Positions 58,735 through 64,000 of a stretch of DNA of 64,000 bases are shown here, in pieces; the stretch's first letter is position 1; each line of letters begins with the position of its first letter. Location: assembly GCA_963664225.1 (NCBI GenBank), contig OY760937.1:832001-896000 (forward strand), in the 5' to 3' direction. Below the pieces are notes generated by a model, which saw only the letters and a list, made by a program, of their open reading frames with translations, made no database searches and was not told the origin of the DNA. This DNA comes from Verrucomicrobiia bacterium (GTDB taxonomy: Bacteria; Verrucomicrobiota; Verrucomicrobiia; Limisphaerales; UBA1319). The position numbers were made by a program, and so were the translations under genes.

Positions 58735-59142
58735 TCAACGCGGACTCTGGTGCGTTCGCAACGGAGGAAGCGCGGATGTCGATCCCTGGTTGGAGTCCTT
58801 GAATGCCGTTTTGGCTGCGGCAACGGTGATGTTGAGCAATTCGCCGGCTTCTGTGAGCAAGGGGCGTGCGGCTTCGGCCGGGACTTTGCCGCTTTCCAGG
58901 AGGACTTCCATGAGAAAGATGGAGGCGTCAATTTCGTCCTCGACGGCATCGAGTTTGGCCACGAATTCGGTGGGGGTTTTTGCGCGGCACGCGGCCCTGT
59001 AATGGGCGGCCACGGAGGTTCCCGCCTGAAGGAGGGAAGGGCCGAGGATGTCACCAGCGCCGCTTCCAGGGATATTCTCGACGAGCTTGATGATTCCGAG
59101 GGCGAACTGCTTGGTGCGATTTTTTAAATTTTCGGTGCTCAT
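58735..59142 (-). CDS. Four-helix-bundle (23S IVP/Avd-like) protein
   Basis: L..RT..FA..II, GTSVAA.YR.A.RA....F..KL. Confidence 0.85.
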   Translation of the reverse strand: MSTENLKNRTKQFALGIIKLVENIPGSGAGDILGPSLLQAGTSVAAHYRAACRAKTPTEFVAKLDAVEDEIDASIFLMEVLLESGKVPAEAARPLLTEAGELLNITVAAAKTAFKDSNQGSTSALPPLRTHQSPR

Positions 59143-59268
59143 AAAAACTCTGCGGAGGAGGGTGTTTGCGCCGGGTTCAAGTTGGCTGTCTGACGACCAT
59201 GATCCCACCAATATGGTTCGAAATGCGCGAAGAAGCGAGGGCAAAAAGCGGAACTTCGGGCGGTTGTT

Positions 59269-59766
59269 TCATTCCAATTCGGCCAGGCGAACCTTTTTTT
59301 GATCGCGGCAGGCTTCGACGCTGGTGCGGAGTTGTTCGCTTAACGATTTCATGTCGGGTATGGCGTTGAGGATGATGATATGATCGCTGACGTCGTTGGT
59401 GGTCAGTTCGATGCGGCCCAAGCCCAGGATACGCTGGTAAAAGGGCTGAACGAGGGTGATATCCTTGACGCGATAGAGCTCAAGTTCTGTGGTTCGCGTG
59501 GAAAACACGCCAACGGTTGTTTTTAGACGCTGAGTGGTGATCTCGTAAACACGGGTGCGGTTTACGAGGTATTTCCAGAGCGCGAAGGCGACCGGAACGA
59601 TCAGCAAGAGAAGTATATATGCGGCCATGGAGGACGCGTCTGGCATCTTCGATAACAGCATGTACGCCACGATGACGAGCAGGGCTGAGATGGCGCAGAG
59701 ACCAAATGGGCGCGCATTGATTAACTGGGAGGAGGAGCCTTTCCAGATTGTTTTTTCCTCATTCAT
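59269..59766 (-). CDS. Bacterial PH-domain (bPH_2) membrane protein
   Basis: 2 TM helices, then Y.IT..RL....G......EL.LYRV.D..L.Q...QR..GLG. Confidence 0.8.
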   Translation of the reverse strand: MNEEKTIWKGSSSQLINARPFGLCAISALLVIVAYMLLSKMPDASSMAAYILLLLIVPVAFALWKYLVNRTRVYEITTQRLKTTVGVFSTRTTELELYRVKDITLVQPFYQRILGLGRIELTTNDVSDHIIILNAIPDMKSLSEQLRTSVEACRDQKKVRLAELE

Positions 59767-59870
59767 GGAATGTGCAAATTGATTTTGACAAACGATACGC
59801 GTTATTCCATGAGGGGTCAATCTGATGTTTCTCGCAGGTTTTGAACGAGCAGGTGTGTGTGAGCGGCGGA

Positions 59871-60857
59871 TTATTGGGCGATTGCCTCGTAAAAGGCGTC
59901 GATATTGGCCAACGGGGTTCCCGGGGGGACATCGCATCCCGAGGAGAGGATGAAATTGGGATGGGAGCTGGTGGATGCGAGCAGTCCGGCCACGGAGGCG
60001 CGGACATCGGCGGGTTGGGAGCGCAGGAAAATGGCGGCGGGATCGAGATTCCCGGCGACGAGGGTGTCCTTGGGCATTTGGGCCAGGGCGGCTGGAATAT
60101 CCATGGGGGCGCCGAAGTGATAGGCGCTGGCACCGGCGGCGAGCAATGCGGGCAAATGAAGCGATTTTGCGGCGCAATTGTGGACCATGATCGTGAATTG
60201 CGGTTCGGACACGGCTGTTATGATTTCTTTTATGTACCGGGAGGAGAATTTCTCCATGCCTCGTGGGGAAAGGAGGCCCGCAGTGGGTTCCGCCATGATG
60301 ATGCCATCTGCCCCGGCCTTTTTGAAGGCTTGCGCGTAGGCGGTCAGAAAGCGGGTGCTTTTTTCCAGGAGCAGATTTGTCAGATCGGGGTCTTCGAGGG
60401 TGAGTCCCAGGGCTTCGCTAACGCCGAAAATGCGTCCGGCGAGTGAGAAGGGACCGATCATGCCGGCCAGAACCCATGGATGCCCGGGAAAATTTGCCAG
60501 TTTGTTCACGGTATCGAGGTAAACGCTGGTGCGTGCGTCGCCTGGTTGGGGGATGCCCAGTTTTTGTGCGGTTTCGCGTGAGGTGACATGGCGGCCAATC
60601 ACGGTGGGAATCTCGTGGTCGGACATTTTAATTTCGCAACCGAAGGCCTCGGATTCGACGCTTAGATCCATGGCGGACAGGACGACCGGCGTTTTATAGC
60701 GTTCGTGCAAGGCGGCTTGCACATCGGCCTGGATGGAGGCGCTGGTCACCATGTCGCGGACGGTGGCGTGGCGCAGGGGCGCGCCGGGGTAGGTCACAAT
60801 GGGCAAACCCAACGGGCGGCTGGCATTGAGGACGAATTGGGGGAATGAACGAATCAT
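59871..60857 (-). CDS. Uroporphyrinogen decarboxylase/MtaA-CmuA family protein
   Basis: D.SVE.EAFG, GPFSLA, HNC, GNLDP, SSGC..P. Confidence 0.85.
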   Translation of the reverse strand: MIRSFPQFVLNASRPLGLPIVTYPGAPLRHATVRDMVTSASIQADVQAALHERYKTPVVLSAMDLSVESEAFGCEIKMSDHEIPTVIGRHVTSRETAQKLGIPQPGDARTSVYLDTVNKLANFPGHPWVLAGMIGPFSLAGRIFGVSEALGLTLEDPDLTNLLLEKSTRFLTAYAQAFKKAGADGIIMAEPTAGLLSPRGMEKFSSRYIKEIITAVSEPQFTIMVHNCAAKSLHLPALLAAGASAYHFGAPMDIPAALAQMPKDTLVAGNLDPAAIFLRSQPADVRASVAGLLASTSSHPNFILSSGCDVPPGTPLANIDAFYEAIAQ

Positions 60858-60927
60858 TGGGGCTTTCCAATAAAGAAAGCCCCAGAGTATTGCAAGATTT
60901 TAGTGGCTGTTAAGAAACAGCCGCAGG

Positions 60928-62166
60928 TTACCGTTTGCGACGGCGGACCGGGCCGCAATAGTAGCCGCCGGAAAGACGGACGCCCCGGGCGCGCTGGTCT
61001 TCACCGGCAGGTTGACCGGGTTTGTCGCGTTCGAACAAGGCGGTGTAGCGATAGTCGAATTTTTCGAGTTTCACGCGTTCGATCTTCAGGCCGATGAAAC
61101 GCTCGATGGCGCGCATGTGGGCGATGTCCTCGGCAACCATGAGTGTGAAGGCTTCACCCAGGGCCTGGGCCCGGCCTGTGCGGCCAATGCGATGAACGTA
61201 GTCCTCGGGGTGTTGCGGCACATCGAAGTTGATGACATGGCTGACATCGGTGATGTCCAAACCGCGGGCGGCGATGTCGGTGGCGACCAGGATTTCATAA
61301 CGGCCGTCGCGGAAGCCTTTGAGGGCCTGTTCGCGCTCGCGTTGCGTGCGGTTGGAGTGCAGGACGGTGACCGCGTGACTGTTTTGATGGAGGAATTTGG
61401 CGATCCGGTCCGCGCGATGCTTGGTGCGGCAGAAGATGATGACGGAGGAAAAGTCGATGCGACTCAGGATGGCTTTCAGGAGATCGGATTTCTGGTCGTC
61501 GGCGACGGGATAGACCGAGTGGGAGACGGTTTCGGCCGGGGAACGGCGAATGCCGATTTCCACGGTCTGAGGGGTTTTCATGGCCCAACGGATCAGGGAA
61601 CCGATCTCCGGGGGGACGGTTGCCGAGAAAAGCATGGTCTGACGCGTTTTGGGGCAGCGTTCGACGATGCGTTTGACATCGGGCAGGAATCCCATATCGA
61701 GCATGCGGTCGGCTTCGTCGAGGACGAGGTATTTGACGTAGTCGAGACGGACCGCACCCCGGCTGATATGATCGAGGAGGCGTCCGGGGGTTGCGGCAAG
61801 GATATCGACGCCGTTGCGCAATGCTTCGTTCTGTTTTCCATAGCCTACACCGCCATAAACGACGGCGGTGTGGAGTTTTGTGAAGCGGGCGAAATCGTGA
61901 ATGGCGGTTTCCACCTGCGCGGCAAGTTCCCGGGTCGGCTCGAGGATCAACACGCGGGGTCCCTGAGCGGGATCGCCCAGTTTGGAGATAATGGGGAGCG
62001 CGAACGCGGCCGTTTTGCCGGTACCTGTTTGCGCACTGCCGATCAAATCCTGACCGGCCATTAATAATGGTATTGCGCGCAATTGAATGGGGGTTGGTTC
62101 CACGTATCCCATTGCTTTGATACCTTGAACCACCGCCGCTGAAAGCCCTAATTTAGTAAATGGCAT
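60928..62166 (-). CDS. DEAD-box RNA helicase (RhlE-like)
   Basis: Q motif, TGTGKT, PTRELA, DEAD, SAT, ARGLD, HRIGRTGR. Confidence 0.95.
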   Translation of the reverse strand: MPFTKLGLSAAVVQGIKAMGYVEPTPIQLRAIPLLMAGQDLIGSAQTGTGKTAAFALPIISKLGDPAQGPRVLILEPTRELAAQVETAIHDFARFTKLHTAVVYGGVGYGKQNEALRNGVDILAATPGRLLDHISRGAVRLDYVKYLVLDEADRMLDMGFLPDVKRIVERCPKTRQTMLFSATVPPEIGSLIRWAMKTPQTVEIGIRRSPAETVSHSVYPVADDQKSDLLKAILSRIDFSSVIIFCRTKHRADRIAKFLHQNSHAVTVLHSNRTQREREQALKGFRDGRYEILVATDIAARGLDITDVSHVINFDVPQHPEDYVHRIGRTGRAQALGEAFTLMVAEDIAHMRAIERFIGLKIERVKLEKFDYRYTALFERDKPGQPAGEDQRARGVRLSGGYYCGPVRRRKR

Positions 62167-62314
62167 GGTTCAAACTACCAGTTGCAAGCGCGTTTGAAAA
62201 TAAATGTTTTTTTGGGATGGGTTTGTGAAGGCCAAAAAAGAGACCCGCCAGGCCGATGTTCAAACCCGCCTGGCGCGTCGAAAAACCGCTGTCCGGTCGC
62301 TCCGTTTTTCCGGA

Positions 62315-64000
62315 TTATTCGAGAAGCCGCCACTCCAGAATGCCACCGGACTGGCCCGGTTGGAGCCGGACTTCCAGACGGAGGGCGCTGACGGTAACCG
62401 GTTCGAAGTGAACCGTGTTGAATTGGTCTCTGGCCAATCCGTAGTCCTCTTTGGCGACCACAGGTTTCCATTGGTCGCCATCTTTGGAAAGGATGCGCCA
62501 GGAGGCGGGAACGCGGCAGCCGCCTCCGGGTGTGTCGTCAAACCAATAGACCTGGACACCGCCGATTTTTTTGGCGGCCGTTAAATCGTATTGCACCCAT
62601 TCGGTGGTGCCCTTGTGATCCCACCATGTGAAACGGGGGATGGCGCCGTCGTTGGAACCGGCCACGGGAAGGTCGTCCTCGAGGGCCTCCACGGTGTCCG
62701 TGTCGTTCACATGCGAAGCGCTGGCCTTGTAAAGGGCCGGTTTGGGCACGGGCGGGGCGATCCATTCGTGCGCGTCGGGTCCCTTGCCAATGACCGGGAA
62801 GGAGGTGATTCGCAGGCGGGCGGCCCCCATGGGAATGAGGGTGACGGTTTCGAGGGGTTCCGTCGAAAGCGCCGGGCTGGGTTGGAGCAAGCCGACCATG
62901 CCGAGTTTGTCCTGGGTCCAGGCGGGAATTTTACGGGCTATGGCGCGGATGGAGACGGGGATGTTCTCCGGGGTAAACGGCTGGGTGGCCAGCGGGCCCT
63001 TTTTCCTGATCACTTCAAACGATCCACGGCTGAGGTCCAATCCATAGTTCCATGGTGTGGTGGGATAGACTTCCAGTGTCGGCCAGGCGTCAGTGCCACC
63101 ATAGCGTTCCCAGCGTTCGCCGATCTTGAGGGAAAAGGTCAGGGGACCGTAATCGACCGAGAGGGCGTTTTTATTTTTAGCCCAGGTGCGCGTGGTGACC
63201 TTCATGGGCAGTTTCAAGGTGAGGACATCCCCGTTGGACCAGGTGCGGTTCAGGATGATGTAAGACAAGGGAGTCGCCTGGACCCGGACGGATTTGCCGT
63301 TGATTTTGACGGTGGGGTTGGTGGCCCAGCGTGGAACGCGCAGGTAAAGCGGGAAGGTGGCCTTGTCGGCTGTGGTAAGGGTCCATTGAATGGTGTCACT
63401 AAAAGGATAATCGGTTTCCCCGGTCAGGGTGACCTCGACGCCGGAGGCGACTTTGGCTTTGACTTGCGAGGGCGCGTAGAGGGAAGCACATAATCCGCCG
63501 TCGGCGGTTCCCAGATACAACTCCTCGGCGTAATAAGGCCAGCCGTGCGAGACGTTGTGCTGACAGCAGCGATAAGTCTCGAAGGGACTGTAGGAGAGCA
63601 TGGTGCCGCCGTTTTGGAGGTCGGGACTTTTGTTTTTGCTGTCCAGTTGAATCATGTTCGCGCCGGTCAGGTAATGGAGGCCCTTCATGTCCGGGGTCAG
63701 GGCCGCCGGGAAGGTGTTGAAGGCGATTTCCTCGGCGCGGTCGGACCAGATGGGGTTGCCGGAAATGCGGGAGAGCATTTCAAAGCTGTGCATGAACTCG
63801 ACGATGCCGCAGGTTTCGAATCCCTGGCGCGGATCGGTGAAGCCGGGTCGGCAGTTTTCGTCGCCGCCGAAGCCGCCTCCGGGGAACTGGCCGTAAAGGT
63901 CCATGACTTTCTGGTAATTCCGCTCGGCGGCGTTCAGGAATTTGATGTCCTTTGCCTGGGGATAAAACATCGCGGGGGCGCGGAATCCCTGGGCAATGTT
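62315..64000 (-). CDS. GH127 beta-L-arabinofuranosidase-like protein with C-terminal discoidin/CBM32-like domain (5' end outside window)
   Basis: ETC, CCQHN, YPF, LRVP.W, GPL motifs; C-terminal W..Y.....W...W beta-sandwich. Confidence 0.88.
   Translation of the reverse strand, partial: NIAQGFRAPAMFYPQAKDIKFLNAAERNYQKVMDLYGQFPGGGFGGDENCRPGFTDPRQGFETCGIVEFMHSFEMLSRISGNPIWSDRAEEIAFNTFPAALTPDMKGLHYLTGANMIQLDSKNKSPDLQNGGTMLSYSPFETYRCCQHNVSHGWPYYAEELYLGTADGGLCASLYAPSQVKAKVASGVEVTLTGETDYPFSDTIQWTLTTADKATFPLYLRVPRWATNPTVKINGKSVRVQATPLSYIILNRTWSNGDVLTLKLPMKVTTRTWAKNKNALSVDYGPLTFSLKIGERWERYGGTDAWPTLEVYPTTPWNYGLDLSRGSFEVIRKKGPLATQPFTPENIPVSIRAIARKIPAWTQDKLGMVGLLQPSPALSTEPLETVTLIPMGAARLRITSFPVIGKGPDAHEWIAPPVPKPALYKASASHVNDTDTVEALEDDLPVAGSNDGAIPRFTWWDHKGTTEWVQYDLTAAKKIGGVQVYWFDDTPGGGCRVPASWRILSKDGDQWKPVVAKEDYGLARDQFNTVHFEPVTVSALRLEVRLQPGQSGGILEWRLLE

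Noticed and set aside
49292..63493. Long antisense ORFs (49292-50692, 54607-55989, 61012-62064, 62591-63493)
   Set aside because: Shadow frames of well-supported opposite-strand genes in GC-rich DNA.

Overview
GC-rich bacterial chromosomal window. The gene content (DUF1559 prepilin-like protein, many Tat/Sec glyco-enzymes, the style of the attC sites) suggests a Verrucomicrobiota/PVC organism; this is an inference. Core and metabolic genes include lptD, a radical SAM protein, a TolB-like protein, a GHMP-kinase/UDP-sugar pyrophosphorylase fusion, GH36, GH127, an orphan atpC, rmuC, ridA, iscX, an rfbFG/C-methyltransferase/rfbC/GT2/YfhO sugar cluster, GT9 and a DEAD helicase, plus 3 tRNAs (Ala-GGC, Gly-CCC, Arg-CCT). 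Mobile DNA comprises two near-identical IS3-family copies with atypical GG..CC ends (the first interrupted by an IS256 with an 8-bp target duplication), a third unrelated IS3, and a tRNA-Gly-linked integrase/HTH/Mrr islet. The most striking unannotated structures are: (1) an integrase-less integron cassette array (CALIN, ~13.1-17.5 kb) in which two attC sites are cut off by the same duplicated 'hairpin element + heptamer repeat + promoter + ATG' module; it abuts a TA pair and a phage terminase remnant; (2) a 2.3-kb mosaic with 16 co-oriented hairpin repeats and 7 three-hairpin elements (2.5-4.8 kb); (3) several families of intergenic repeats that all lie on the same strand regardless of gene direction. 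All calls come from reading the sequence by eye; no searches were run.
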